Below, piece by piece: positions 26,485-40,000 of a stretch of DNA of 64,000 bases (within the stretch, counting starts at the first letter, position 1; each line of letters opens with the position of its first letter). The translations under genes and the position numbers were made by a program. Source of the DNA: Isurus oxyrinchus (taxonomy: Eukaryota); assembly GCA_026770705.1 (NCBI GenBank), contig JANJGN010000150.1, positions 310,001-374,000 on the forward strand, in the 5' to 3' direction. Below the pieces are notes generated by a model that saw only the letters and a program-made list of their open reading frames with translations, was not told the origin of the DNA and did no database searches.

Positions 26485-26781
26485 ATTTCACAGATAAACC
26501 CACGATATTCCCTGCTGAAATTATTGCAGGAAAGCGTATGGATGTAAGCTGCACCTTCAACACAACGTGCAATGGAACAGCAGCACCTGTCTTAACCTGG
26601 GACACTCCCACTGACGTACCTGGATCAGTCTCAAACACTGTAACTCAGCATGGTGTCACTCTGACCTATACTTCTGTTCTGACCCTGATCCCATCACTCA
26701 AACACCACGGACACACTCTCAGCTGCAGAGTGAGATATCCATCTGTTTCATCGGAGCGGACCCTCGTACTAACTGTGCAAG
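26485..26781 (+). CDS. Siglec C2-set domain 2 exon, unit B
   Basis: Near-identical to 14199-14495, open, phase 1-1. Confidence 0.88.
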
Positions 26782-27103
26782 GTAATTACATACACTTTCA
26801 TTCTACATCAGCACTCCCTCAGCGCTGACCCTCTGACAGTGCAGCCCGTTCTCAGTATCCACATTCTAAGGCCTCTCTAAGTGCTTCAAAGTCGATAGAA
26901 GTTAATTGATCTTTATTTGATTATTGCTGAATGAAGAGACAAGCTGTCTAAACTTTACATCTCACACACACCATTCTCCATGGCAACACCTCCACCTATC
27001 AGAGACCACTTGTCAACCAATCAGCACTCTCTTCCCATTAAGTATAAATTGTTGTTCACTTTCTGTTGGTAATCCTGTGAACGGGCTTCTTGATTCCTGC
27101 CCT

Positions 27104-27256
27104 GACATCTTAATGTCCCAATGAACAGAACAACTTCCAACAATGAGCTGTGGTTGGTGATTCCTCACATTACATCCAGGGACACTGGAGACTATCAGTG
27201 TGTGGCAGAGAATGAACATGGAGCAGTGGAGGGATTCATAACCATCACTGTGGAAC
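27104..27256 (+). pseudogene. 3' half of a membrane-proximal C2 exon, unit B
   Basis: HLNVPMNRTTSNNELWLVIPHITSRDTGDYQCVAENEHG; 5' half and acceptor replaced. Confidence 0.85.
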
Positions 27257-28934
27257 GTGAGTGTACACAGACTTCAACATCTCTCGCAGATTCGAACACG
27301 ACACAAACACCCTCAAACATACACATCTAAGTAGACACATGCAGACACACATATATGACCACACAGAAAGACACACTCACACACAAACACACTAACACAC
27401 ACTCCCCTGTGGGCGACCTGACCTCCCTCAGTACTGCCCTGGAGAGTTGGCCTGAATTCTGGGATTTGTGTTCCCATTCATATTTATGCAAGAATATGGA
27501 AATTACAAAGTCTATTACAGACAGTCAGATGCATAGAGACACTCACAGATACTCTCTGCCTCTCCAACTCTCTCTCTCCCTTTAAGAAGCTTCCTGAAAG
27601 CTCACCCTTCGAACAATCACCGGTCCCAAATCCTCCTTATCTGATTTGTGTGATTTTCTTTGTGTATTTGAGAGTAAGAGAGAGGTGGAGAGGTTTAGGA
27701 GGAGAATTCCTGTTGGTGAAAAGCTTACATCATGTTCTCACCTTTCCAGTGCCCATATTTTACATGATGTCCAATGTCCTTGTTCATAATGGGAATTGCC
27801 TATGTAAACATCACGCTGTAGTTACAGTCTCCTACCAGTGGTGGCATTGTAGCACTTAATCCTTGTGTTTTCCAGCTTTTCAAGCAACTCCACTTCCCAG
27901 TTTGCTCCACAAGCTGTGAGTTCATTGGAATTCAATTATTTCTCAAACGGTAGATTTGATGTCATTTTATTGAAAACTTCCTCAGTGCCTCCCTGAAGGG
28001 TTTACACTCTCTGGGAAGCAGGAATAGGCTGGATGTTGGGGAGTTCATCTTTTCCCAAAGAGTAGTGATCCTCGGGAATGTGCTGTCAGTGGGTGTGGTA
28101 GTTCCTGTTTCTCTGTCGCCTTCAAGAGGGATCTGGAGTCGTTACTGACTGGGGGAGAGATCATGGAAACGGAGAATGATACAGCACAGGAGGAGGCCAT
28201 TCAGTCCATTGTGCCTGTGCCAGGTCTTTCAATGTTCTATCCAATCAGATCCAATAACCACCATTCCAATTTGCCACCATCTTCCTCCTTTAAGTATTTA
28301 TCCAATTTCCCTTTTGAAAGTTCCTATTGAATCTGCTTCCACCGCCCTTTCAGGCAGCACCTTCCAGATCACAACAACTCGCTCTGTCAAAACAAATTCT
28401 CCTCATCTCCCCCTCTGGTTCGTCAATCTGTGTCCCTCTGGTTACCGAGCCTCCTGCCCCTTAAGTACATTGATACTGTTCACCTCAACCACTCCCTGTG
28501 GGAGCGAGTTCCACATTCTCCCCTCTCTCTGGGTAAAGATTGGAACTGTTTATTAAGTGAGGCCTGTAAGTCCGTGGGGGAGTCCATCTCGATCCTGCCC
28601 GATTCGTACACGCGTCCGAGATGGATTTCCACCCTGCACTAAACGTTTCCAGAATTTTCTACAGCACAATCCTGTACACAACAATTGGGAGAAACATTGG
28701 ACAGGGAGTCCAACAGCACAATGATCCATTCTCACCAATGTTCCACGCTAAGGGGAAAGTTCCGATTGTCCACTCTTAGAGTGTTTACAATGAAAACATT
28801 CATTCCACATTGAATCCCAGTGGATGGGTCAATATTACAACAAATGTTGCAGTGATATGAAGCTTGATTGTTCAGCCAGAGTGAGAGATTGAAAGCGGAG
28901 AGTCAGTGATGATTTCTTTCTGTGTGTTCTCTAG

Positions 28935-29074
28935 ACAGTGGAGGAGAGATTCTGCACGTGATCCTGATCCTGGGAATACGAGCTGTGATATTCCTTGTGG
29001 CTGTGGTTATCACTATCGCTGGAGTCTGTGTCTGGGAGAGACAAACAGTGAAAGCAAGTCGACAGACTGTTTGA
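28935..29074 (+). CDS. Activating-type TM exon with intramembrane Arg and short tail
   Basis: ttctctag/ phase 1: SGGEILHVILILGIRAVIFLVAVVITIAGVCVWERQTVKASRQTV*; Arg codon 28979-28981; possible GC donor AAA/gcaagt after 29053. Confidence 0.82.
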
Positions 29075-29812
29075 AGCTTTGTACAGCAACAATCTGGTCA
29101 GTCAGTGCGGACAAATAACGTGTGATGTTGGGTTAAGTTGTAATGAAACTGGTCAGTGTCCTGGTTAGAATCACCTTCGTATCAGAGAGGCATTCCAGCA
29201 CAGTGGGAGCCCATTCAGCCCATTGAGTCCATGCTGTCTCTCTGTAGAGCAATACAGTCAGTCCCATTTCCCCCGCTCTATCCCCGTATCCCTGCAAGTT
29301 TATTTCCCCTCAAGTGTCCAACCAATTTCCTTTTGAAATCGTTCGTCTCCGCTTCCACCATCCTCGTAGGCAGCGAGTTCCAGCTCATTACCACTCGCTG
29401 TGTAAAAAAGTTACTCCTCACATCCCCCCTCTGCCCAAAACCTTCAATCTGTGTCCCCCAGTCCTTGTCCCATCAGCTAATGGCAACAGCTTCTCTTTGT
29501 CTGCCTTATCTAAACCCATCATCATCTTGTACACCTCGATCAGATCCCCCCTCAATCTCCTTTGCTCCAAGGAGAACAACCCCAGCTTCTCCAACCCAAC
29601 CTTGTAGCTAAAATCCCTCATCCCTGGACCCATTCTGTTCAATCTCCTCCCCACCCTCTCAAGGACCCTCACTTCCTTCCCAAACTGAGGAGACCAGAAC
29701 TGGACACAATACTCTAGTTGTCACCTAAACAGAGCTTTATAAATGTTCAGCATAACCTCCCTGTGTTTGTACTCAATCCCTCGATTTATGAAAAGCTTAT
29801 TCTTTCCATCAG

Positions 29813-29863
29813 CACAAACAGCAATTTCCAAGCGGACTCCCATCAGCAGACAGAGTGCAATGA
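29813..29863 (+). CDS. Possible terminal exon of unit B (HKQQFPSGLPSADRVQ*), followed by the family 3'UTR
   Basis: ttctttccatcag acceptor; downstream sequence homologous to the 3'UTRs at ~810 and ~56600; AATAAA near 30150. Confidence 0.45.
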   Translation, partial: HKQQFPSGLPSADRVQ

Positions 29864-30499
29864 AACATCGGCATGCCTGCTTCTTAATGTACGGAGAGAA
29901 ACCTGGAACGAGAGATTCTCCTTCTTCTCCTCAGCAAGCTGAAACTTTTCCTTATACCTGGTGCTCCCCAGTCCTGCTGTGTGGACACATCATAACCACG
30001 GCATTGTCTGGCTGTGTGCAGCCAACATGGTCGAATAGGAATGAACAGAAATGTGACATTGCTAAACTCTGTTCTCTGATTGGAATGTGCTTTCTGAATG
30101 CTGCACCTTTTTCATGCTGCGATAGATTGTAAGAAGCATTTGTGTTATGAATAAAATTACATTGATTAACACAAGTGATTAAAATGCTCAGGCTGTTCTG
30201 TAGATATTTAAAGATTAAAATTCTTGTTTTGCTGCAAAATACTTGGCTCAAAGACATTACTTCATATTGTCATGTTTTCCAATCAGATGAATTCCTCTGT
30301 CCATCTTTATAATAGAAATTTCCAATGTAAACATGTCACATTGTAGCTGCACACACTTGCCAGTGGCTGGTGTGATATCAAAGCTGTCTTGCTGTCGAGA
30401 AACAGCGAGAAATATTCCTGTTGTGTGCATGAACTTCATGTTAGCATGAGACACAGGCATCAGATACAATTTTGTGCAATTTGTACAATGTTCTTTAGA

Positions 30500-31050
30500 C
30501 AGCGGAGCACTCCCTCAGTACTGACCCTCCAACAGTGCTGCACTCCCTCAGTTCAGACCCTCCTACAGTGCAGCACTCCCTCAGATCAGACCCTCCGACA
30601 ATGCAGCACTCCCTCAGTTCAAACCCTCCGACAGTGCAGCACTCCCTCAGTTCAGACCCTCCGACTTTGCAGCACTCCCTCAGTTCAAACCCTCAGACAG
30701 TGCAGCACTCCCTCAGTTCAGAACCTCCGACAGTGCAGCACTCTCTCAGTTCAGACCCTCCGACAGTGCAGCCCTCCCTCATTTCAGACCCTCCGACAGT
30801 GCAGCACTCCCTCAGTTCAGGCCTCCGACAGTGCAGCACTCCTTCAGTTCAGACCCTCCGACAGTGCAGCACTCCCTCAGTTCAAACCATCCGACAGTGC
30901 AGCACTCCCTCAGTTCAAACCCTCCGACAGTGCAGCTCTCCCTCAGTTCAGAGCCTCCGACAGTGCAGCACTCCCTCAGTTCAGACCCTCCGACAGTGCA
31001 GCACTCCCTCAGTACTGAACCTCCGACAGTGCCGCACTACCTCAGTACTT
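30500..31050 (+). repeat. 31-bp satellite array
   Basis: cagcactccctcagttcagaccctccgacagtg units. Confidence 0.95.
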
Positions 31051-32544
31051 CTCTGCCGATGCTGCCAGACCTGCTGAGTTTTTCCAGGTATTTCTGTTTC
31101 TGTTTCTGTTTTGGATTTCCAGCATCTGCAGTTTTTTTGCTTTTAGTGCTGGGCAGTTCCTCAGCAAGGATTCGGGCCACAAAACATTGCGAGTGCTGTG
31201 GATCTGCGCCACGATTTAGAGAGCTGTGCTTGGCATGCCTATTCTAGTCCCAGTCCAGTGTGGTGGGGACAGCCTGGCAGTCCTGGGTTGGTGGTGCCCA
31301 GCATGGTGTGAGTGACGTGGTCAGTCCCTCACACACGTCCATCCTGGGGGTGGGTGGCTTGATACTAGGCCGCAGGTGGCACAATCCCAGTCAGGGGAGG
31401 CATCTGCAGCCTGTCAGTGGGGAGCAGGTAATATAGAGAGTAGGGGTGGGGGTGGGAATCGAGGGGGGCCGGTGGTCTCTGTAAGTCACAGTACAATGGG
31501 CCTCTAGTTGGAGAGAGGTCAGGTCTACATGGGGCATTGGGATGTCAACATCAGACAGTCTAGGGAGGAGGACTGGGATGTCAACCCCGAACACAATAAG
31601 ATCAAGGATTAGAGAGGAAGGGAGGAGACTGATTGGAAGGAGGGGAATGTGCACATTATGCTCCTCCAGCACGATGGGAGGGACTGTGATGGTTACGGGG
31701 GTGGGGGGGGTGAAGTGGGAGGGGATAGACGCTTACCTGGTGGTATTGCCTCAGCCTCACCCTTTTTCAAGCTGATCCAATGTCGCAGTTGAAGAATAAG
31801 CTACAAAACAAATTGGCAGGGGAGGTCTCCCAGGGCCTGTGGGAGACATCACCCACTGCATCTTTGGCCTGTTTGAAGGGGCACCCGAACAATTCCGGCT
31901 TTTCCAAATGATGAGGAAGACACAGCTGCACCCCGAGTCCCCTACTGGGGATCCAGAAGGTTGCAATAGCGCTGCGAGGGACTCATGGGCTCCACAGTGA
32001 CTCCCTAATTAGCGACTGGAAGGTTTATGTTCATTTATCTTTATTATCCGTTCATATTGAGCAATGGAGCTCCTGATCTGACACCTTTCTGTACCTCGTC
32101 CAATGCTTCTGTTATCAGGACTTCCACATCGATGTGAAAGAGCCATGATGATAGCAGACAGTCGCACAATGGGAATGGCACTAGGCCAGTGATCCAGAGG
32201 CCCAGGTGAATGCTTTGGAGGTACGGGTTCAAATCCCACCACGGCAGCTGGAGGAATTTAGATTCGATTAATCAATAAATTTAATTGATTGATACATTTT
32301 TTTCTTATTCATTTCAGGGATGTTGGTGTCGCTGACTAGGCCAGTATTTGTTGCCCATCCCCATTTGCCTTTGAGAACATATGGATATCTGAGTTAGGAT
32401 CAGGAGTAGGTCACTCAGTCCCTCGAACCTGCTCCGCCATTCAGTAAGATCATGGCTGATCTGATTGTCACCTCAACCTCACATTCCTGCCTACCCCCAA
32501 TGACCTTTCACCCCATTGTTAATCAAGAATCTATCTAGCTCTGT

Positions 32545-34500
32545 GGAAGGGGAGCCAATCAATCGGGCTGCTTTGTCCTGGATGGTGTCAAGCTTCTTGA
32601 GTGTTGTTGGAGCTGCACTCATCCAGGCATGTGGAGAGTATTCCATCACACTCCTGACTTGTGCGTTGTAGATGGTGGACAGGATTTGGGGAGTCAGGAG
32701 GTGAGTTACTGTCTGCAGGGTTCCCAGCCTCTGACCTGCTCTTGCAGCCACAGTGTTTACATGGCTGGTCCAGTTCAGTTTCTGCTCAATGGTAACTCCC
32801 AGGATGTTGATATTGGGGGATTCAGTGATGGTAATGCCATTGAATGCCAAGGGGCGATGGTTATGAATGGTCTGTGGGATATTCTGGTACAAAATGTCAA
32901 CACTCGGACTCCAGATGCAATATTCAAGTGGTTCCTTTATTAGGCATGTGGGGAGCAAACGCTGAGCAGTCCAGGCGCTTCTCCACCGAAGTTCAAATGA
33001 GCACAGTTTATATATTTTTTACTCTCAGTTACAAGGTAATGGTATTAGTTAGACAAAGGCCACAGCACAATGACCCTCCGGTGGGCTGATAATTGTGTTC
33101 TTGTACAGTAATTACAGGGCAGAGACTGGCTATTGTCCTTTTGAGACAGCAAAGAATCTATGTTTGTTCGATACAAAAGGTTTCCGGAGGCTGACTGGAT
33201 GTGGTTCAAGGCCATCGGACGGTGTGAAATAACCTTCCCCAATTCTTGATTGAGTCACCCTGTGTCCTTGTGTGTGTGTCTCCCATTTCCTCATTGCAAA
33301 TTTCCAGCTGAGCCCTCTGTACAGGTTTTTAGCTTTCACGTAAGGATGTGATTGTCTGTGTACGCTTTGTCACCCTAGCTGCTGGTCCTGGCTGGCTCTT
33401 TAAAATAAATCCAAATTTTCTGCGCCTTCAGTTAGATTCTCTCTTGTTGGAGTGGGCATTGCCTGGCACTTGTGTGGCATGAATGTTACTTGTCACCTGT
33501 CAGCCCAAGCCTGGATGTTGTCCAGGTCTTGCTGCATTTGGACATAACTTGCTTCAGTATCTGAGGAGCCATGAATGATGCTGAACATTGTGCAAACATC
33601 AGCAAACATCCCCACTTCTGACCTTATGATGGAAGGAAGGTCATTGATGAAGCAGTTGAAGATGTTTGAGCCTAGGACACTACCCTGAGTAACTCCTGCA
33701 GTGATGTCCTGGAACTGAGATGATTGACCCCCAATAATCACAACCATCGTCCTTTGTGCTGGGTATGACTCCAAGCAGCGGAGAGTTTTCCCCCGATTCC
33801 CATTGACTCCAGTTTTGCTCGGGCTCCTTGTTTTGCCACACTCAGTCAAATGCTGCCTTGATGTCAAGGGCAGTCACTCTCACCTCACCTCTGGAGTTCA
33901 GCTCATTTGTGCATGTTTGAACCAAGGCTGTAATGAGGCCAGGAGCTGAATGATCCTGGTGGAACACAAACTGAGCGTCAGTGAGCAGGTTCTTGGTAAG
34001 CACGTGCTGCTTGCAAGCGCTGTTGATGACCCCTTCCATCACTTTAGTAATGATCAAGAATAGACTGCTGGGGAATTGGCTGGGTTGGATTTGTCCTGCT
34101 TTTTGTGTACAGGACGTACCCCATAGCCGGGTAGTTGCCAGTGTTGCAGCTGTACTAGAAAATTCCAGAAAAGCTTGGCTAGGGGCGCAGCAAGTTCTGG
34201 AGCACAAGTCTTCAGTACTATTGCCGGAATAATGTCAGGGTCTGGAGCATTTGCAATATCCAGTGCCTTCAGCCCTTTCTTGATGTCACGTGGAATTAAT
34301 CGAATTGGCTAAAGATTGGCATCTCTGATGCTGGGGACCTCAGGAGGAGGCCGAGATGGATCAGCCACTCAGCACTTCTGGCTGAAGATTGTTGCGCATG
34401 CTTCAGTCTTGTCTTTTGCACCGATGTGCTGGGCTCCTCCATCATTGAGGATGGGGATATTTGTGGAGACTCCTCCTCCAGTGAGTTGTTTAATTGTCCA
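32545..34500 (-). mobile_element. CR1/L2-clade LINE RT fragments (32545-32850 and 33450-34500)
   Basis: GVTQGSVLG..FINDLP..MFADVCT and LGVTIEQKLNWTSHVN motifs. Confidence 0.85.
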
Positions 34501-36916
34501 CGACTGGATGTGACATCTGGAATGCGAAGCTAGTCTCAGTAATGGTGACCATGAAACTAACGCCAATTGTTGCAAAAACCCATCTGGGTCACTAATGCCC
34601 TTTGGGGAAGGAAACCTGCCGTCCTTACCCATTCTGGCCTACGTGTGACTCCTGACCCACAGCAATGTGGTTGACTCTTAACTGGCCCCTGAAATGGCCG
34701 AGCAAGCCACTGAGTTATATCAAAACCCGCCACAGACCAGTCAAACCAGATGAACTGCAGCACTTCGAAAAGGCAGCTCAGCAGCCCCTTCTCCAGGGCT
34801 CAGTCAGGAACAGGTAACAAACGTTGTCCACATCCCGTGAAAGAATTTTGGTAAAAAGGTAGCCGTGTATCACCACCCACGGCCAGCGCCAACCCCCCCA
34901 CCCCTACCTGATTGCACCAGTTTCAGATTACACCAGGTCAATGAACGGATAGAAACTCAAACCAATGAGATGAGCACAGAGAAGGATCAAGCCAGAGAGA
35001 GTTGGTGGGAAGAATTGGGAAAGCAACAAAAAAGGCAGAGCGGACACTAACACTATAACAAAGTAAAGACCAGAGGAGGAAGGAAGCAAGTGCGAAGAGG
35101 AATTGAGAGTAGAGCTGGTAGGCTGCTTGTCAAAGCCAAGGAACATCCATAGGTCACACCCACAGTGCTTTTGGGGAGGGTGATACATGATTTTGACCCA
35201 GGATCATCAAGTTTTGCACTGGCAGAGCCGTTAAAGAAAAGGGACCTTCACTACCCGTGTCCCCCGCCCAACAAAACTGTTGACATGCTGAGTCCACCTG
35301 TACAGGTAACCTCCAGACAGTTGACTACAAAGGCCATTGCAGCTGCTGAATATGACTTCCAGTTTCAAAACCTTCATGAATACAAGGATGGGGGATTCAG
35401 CAGGAATATTCCTGCACATCCTGTGGCAGATCCTGTAAATAAAAGGGACCTTCACTCACTCCTCAAAGCTGCTGACCTGCTGATTCACATCTACAGGCAA
35501 CCTCCAAATAGTCAACTAAAGAAGACAACGCAGCTGCTGAATGTGACTCCTAGTTTTAAACCCTTCACTCTGGAAAGAAGGAATCCAGTGCAATGGCCTC
35601 AGTATGATTCTTCACAGAAACTGATTTTAAATCTCATGTCTAAGTATTATTTTTCCTTTGCTTACATTTTAATCCTTGCACCTGATGGCTTTATCGCTTC
35701 AACTTAAATAACTTTCAGCAGGAGCCAGGTTCAAATGGAATGGACAAGCAGGCTTGGGAGGCCAAAAGGCCTACTCCTGCTTCTGTTTATTTATGTTGGT
35801 GTTGTTATGTAGTGGAACTAGAGAGGTTATAGCAGTTATGAGAACATTAAGCAAACAGCAGCAAGAATTGAACACCTACGTTGTGGTTTATGAAAAGGTT
35901 TTCAACCTGGTCAATTGGTAAAATCTGTTGAAAGTGGGCTATCATGGCGTGTGCCCTTTGTGAGATATTTGTAACAACGTTCTCGATGTCGGAACAGCTT
36001 GCATTGAACAAAGCTGATCTTTACCCAGAACTTCAGAGGAAGGGGGGACAATTGTTCCCTGGTGTGGGGGGCATGGTGGGGGGGGGAGGGTGAGGGAGAG
36101 ACAAGTAGCCTGAAATATCAAGCCAGACACTTTGTGAAGACAAAAGTTGTTTATTCATTTTTTTTCACAAATCATAATCTTTACAATTAAAGTCCCGACA
36201 AGATAATGGTGAATCATGAACACATTGTCGGGGTGAATCTGTGCCCGGGAGCATAAAGCAGCAAAATCAGGAACCCGCTTTACATCTCTCTGAATTTTAA
36301 CTATCATTAACCCCAGTAACATCCATTCAAATGACTTAGTCATAAGATTCCTCACACATTCACTTGCACACTCACACACCCACACCCACACAGACACACT
36401 GACACACTCACTCATTCACATTGACACACACTGACACAGTCACACACACACACACACACACACACGCTGACACAATCACACACATTCACATTGACACGCA
36501 CTGACAGTCACACATACACACACACACGCTGACACAATCACACACATTCACATTGACACACACATATTGACAGTCACACACACACGCTCATAAAGACAGA
36601 CACAAACACAGTCACGTGAGGTGAATAGTGTCGATGTATTTAAGGGGAAGCTGGATAAACACACGAGGGAGAAATGAATAGAAGGATATGGTGATGGGGT
36701 GAGATGGAGAAGGGGTGGGCGGAGACTCGTGTGGAGCAGAAACTCCAGCATGGAACAGATGGGCCGAATGGCTTCTTTCCCTGCTGTAAAACGCAGGTAA
36801 AGTTTCAGTTGGAATTAATGAACAGGGCCTGTGTTAAATAGATTGCTAAGCAGTAGATAAGGAGGGGAGAGGCTGTGGCATGGTGCAGGATGACCTTGCG
36901 TGAATGAGGCCAGGGT

Positions 36917-37033
36917 CTAATATCTACAGCAGAGACCACAAGTCTCATTTGGTTCTCTCCAATTACAGCAGTTACAGCAGAATCTGCAGAGCTGCTGTCT
37001 GCCCATTCTCTTCTGGCGCTGCAGCAAGGAGCC
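36917..37033 (-). CDS. HAMP: Hepcidin exon 3 (RQKR site and mature peptide)
   Basis: cctcctgcttttccag/GGC TCC TTG CTG CAG CGC CAG AAG AGA ... TGC TGT AGA TAT TAG. Confidence 0.95.
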   Translation of the reverse strand, partial: GSLLQRQKRMGRQQLCRFCCNCCNWREPNETCGLCCRY

Positions 37034-40000
37034 CTGGAAAAGCAGGAGGACAATAGGTGAGAACATTCCGGAAAGAAAGAAGGCATCATTTCAATCAGGC
37101 GCGTCATTGGAAGGAGGATGGCGCATTTCTATAGCGCCTTTCCCCTCCTCAGGATGGGCCAAAGTGTTCCACAGCTGAAGGAAGGACTTTTTCTGAAGTG
37201 AGCTCACCGCTGTAATGTAGGAAACGCAGCAGGCAATTCACGCACAGCAAGATCCCACAAACAGAAATGTGATAATGGCCCCGATTTTCAGTTTTTTACC
37301 AATGTCAGTTGAGGGATAAATGTTTGCCCCAGGAAAGCGGACATAACTCCACCCCATCCAGCCCCCACCACCCCCTCCACACATACCCCCAACTCCTGAA
37401 ACACTTCATTTAAATTGTGGCCATGGAATCCTCTACATCCATCTGAGAGGGCAGATGTTGTCTCAGTTTAACATCTCATCTGAAGGACAGCGCCTTCAAC
37501 AGTGCAGCACCCCCTCAGTACTGACCCTCCGACTGTGCAGCACTCCCTCAGTACTGACCGTCTGACAATGCAGCACCCCCTCAGTACTGACCCTCCGACT
37601 GTGCAGTCCCCCGCTGGTACTGACCCTCTGACAGTGCAGCACTCCAAGACTGACCGTCTGACAATGCAGCACCCCCTCAGTACTGACCCTCCGACTGTCC
37701 TGCCCCCCCGCCGGTACTGACCCTCCGACAGCTCGGTAATTTCTCAATTACGCCTGGTGGTCCTTTTAACTCCGAGCTGAGAGTTGCAGAGAATCGAGCA
37801 GACACCCTGAACTGACACTTGCAGTGCAAGTACTGGGAGCGCGCTGGTCATTATCATGCTGCTGTCTGTGGGATCTTACTGTGCGCCAATGGCTGATTCT
37901 TTTCCCACAGTACATCAGTGACCTCACATGAAAGAAAAAAAGCACTTGATTGTCTGCGAAACAGTTTGGGACGTCCTGATGTGTTGGAAGGCGCTAGAGA
38001 AATGCAAGAGTTGACGTTTCGAGTCCTCATGACCCTTCTGAGGACTCGAAACGTCAACTCTTTTCTTCTCCGCCGATGCTGCCAGACCTGCTGAGTTTTT
38101 TCAGGTAATTCTGTTTTTGTTTTGGATTTCCAGCATCTGCAGTTTTCTTTGTTTTTATAGAGAAATGCAAGTCCTCTTTGTCTTTCACTCGATCCTCTAA
38201 GGTGTCTGTTGATTAACCAGCCTCTCGGTGTTTGATGTAGGCCTGGTTATAAACAGTTAGAAGGATCAAATATCAAAAGTGCTTTGGCTGACAGTCAAAC
38301 CGATTGTGCATTCGGAGAGATTAGATACGGTCTGCGCACAATGACTCCAGTCTCTGGCACTGACTGCCGCCTGGGGTCTCCCTTCCACATAACACTCACA
38401 ACTTGCATTTACACAGCGCCTCTGACATTGCAAAATCTCCCAGCCCACATTACCGGAGCGTAAATCAGAGAGAAGTCTAACACTGAGTCACATATGGAGA
38501 TATTAGGGATAGGTGACCAAAAGCTTGGTCAAAGATGTCAGTTTTTAAGGAGCGTCTTAAAGGAGAGAGAGAGAGAGAGGCAGAGAGGTTAAGGGAGGGT
38601 ATTCCGGAGCTCAGGGCCCCAGGCAGCTGAAGGCACGGCCACCAATGGTGGAGCGATGGGAATCAGGGGGACCCAGGAGATGCAGTAATGTCAGAGATTT
38701 TGGAGGAACATCGGGACCGGAGGAGGTGTTCTCCTGCTCCATATCTCTCTCTCTCTTCCTCTCATCCACTCCTCCTCTCCCTGTCTCTCTCACCTACTCT
38801 TCCTCTCAATTGCCCTCTCTCCCAATCTTTCTCTCCTCTCTCCCTTTTCCTGTCTCTCTCCCTCTCTCTCTCCCTGTCTCCTTCTCCCACTCTGTATCTC
38901 TCCCTCTCTCTCACACTATTTTTGTACCTTTCGCTCACTCTGTAACTCTCCCTTTCCTGTTAATTTCTCTCTCTTGGACAATCTCTCTTCCCTTTTCACT
39001 TTCCCTCACTCTGCATCTCTTCTTTAATTTCTCCCTCTGTCACTCTCTCCCACCTATGTTCTTTCCCTTTCACCCCTCCCCGTCCCACTCTCTGTCTCTC
39101 TCTTCCAATCCCTCCCTCCCCCATTCCATCCCTCTCTCCGACTCTCGACTCCCAGCCTCTCTTTAACCCACTCCCAGGCTGGATCAGTCTCCCTCTCACT
39201 ATTCCCGGCGTGGGTTACATTTAAAATTCCTGTGGGGATATGTTCACTTCCTTGGAATTGCCTCTTCCCAGCTTTGCAAAAAAAGGGGGGGGGGGGGGCT
39301 CGATTTCAAACCTGCCTCCTGAGTATAACCGAGACAGACTGCCACTGAAATCAGCTTGAAATCAGAAAACTTTCTGTGGAAGAAACGAGCAGGGAGAAAC
39401 CTTAAAATAAGGAATGAATTTCCACCTACCGTGTCCGGGGAATCCACAGATTTCTCAATCGTCGAAGAACCTAAAGCAGTGTCAACCTGCAAAAAGAAAG
39501 AATTTATCAGGGAGAAAGTGAGAGGAGGATTGAGGGAGAGGGAGAGAGAGAGAGAGAGGTACAGGAGAGAGAGGGGGAGGAGGACAGACTTGCATTTCTC
39601 TAACGCCTTTCACCACATCCCAAAGCATTTCACAGCCACTGAAGGATGTTTTTGAAGTGCACTCACACTGTAGGAAATGTGGCAGCTGATTTGTGCACAG
39701 CAAGATCCCACAAATAGCAATGTGATCATGGCCAAGATCATCTGTTTTTGGTGATGTTGGGTGAGGGATAAATATTGGTCCCAGGACACCGGGGAGAACT
39801 CCCCCTGCTCTTCCTCCAAATAGTGGCTGTGGGATCTTTCACACCCGACCGAGAGGGCAGACGGGGGACTCAGTTTAATGTCTCATTCAACATTGTTGTG
39901 CTCCCTCAGTACTAACCCTTTGACACTGCAGCACTCCCTCAGTACTAACCCTTCGATAGTGCTGCACTCCCACCCTATTGTCCCTCCGTCAGTGCAGCGC

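Noticed and set aside
30389-31247. Long repetitive ORFs (QTLRQCSTPSV / VQHSLSSDPPT)
   Set aside because: Translations of the 31-bp satellite; the same applies to the CA/CT-repeat ORFs and the ORFs spanning N gaps.
31150-31420. Myb/SANT-like Harbinger remnant (APRF motif)
   Set aside because: Only a short, degraded resemblance; insufficient support.
35165-35707. 180-aa ORF
   Set aside because: Non-ATG start, no recognisable domain or splice context.
36150-36292. Extra 3'UTR exon and polyA site (minus-strand AATAAA at 36155-36150) for hepcidin
   Set aside because: Plausible but not distinguishable from chance without transcripts.
36805-37107. Listed 100-aa minus-strand ORF (also 42333-42659)
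   Set aside because: Wrong frames overlapping hepcidin exons 3 and 1.
38328-38385. Alternative hepcidin exon 2
   Set aside because: Weak splice signals compared with 39430-39486.
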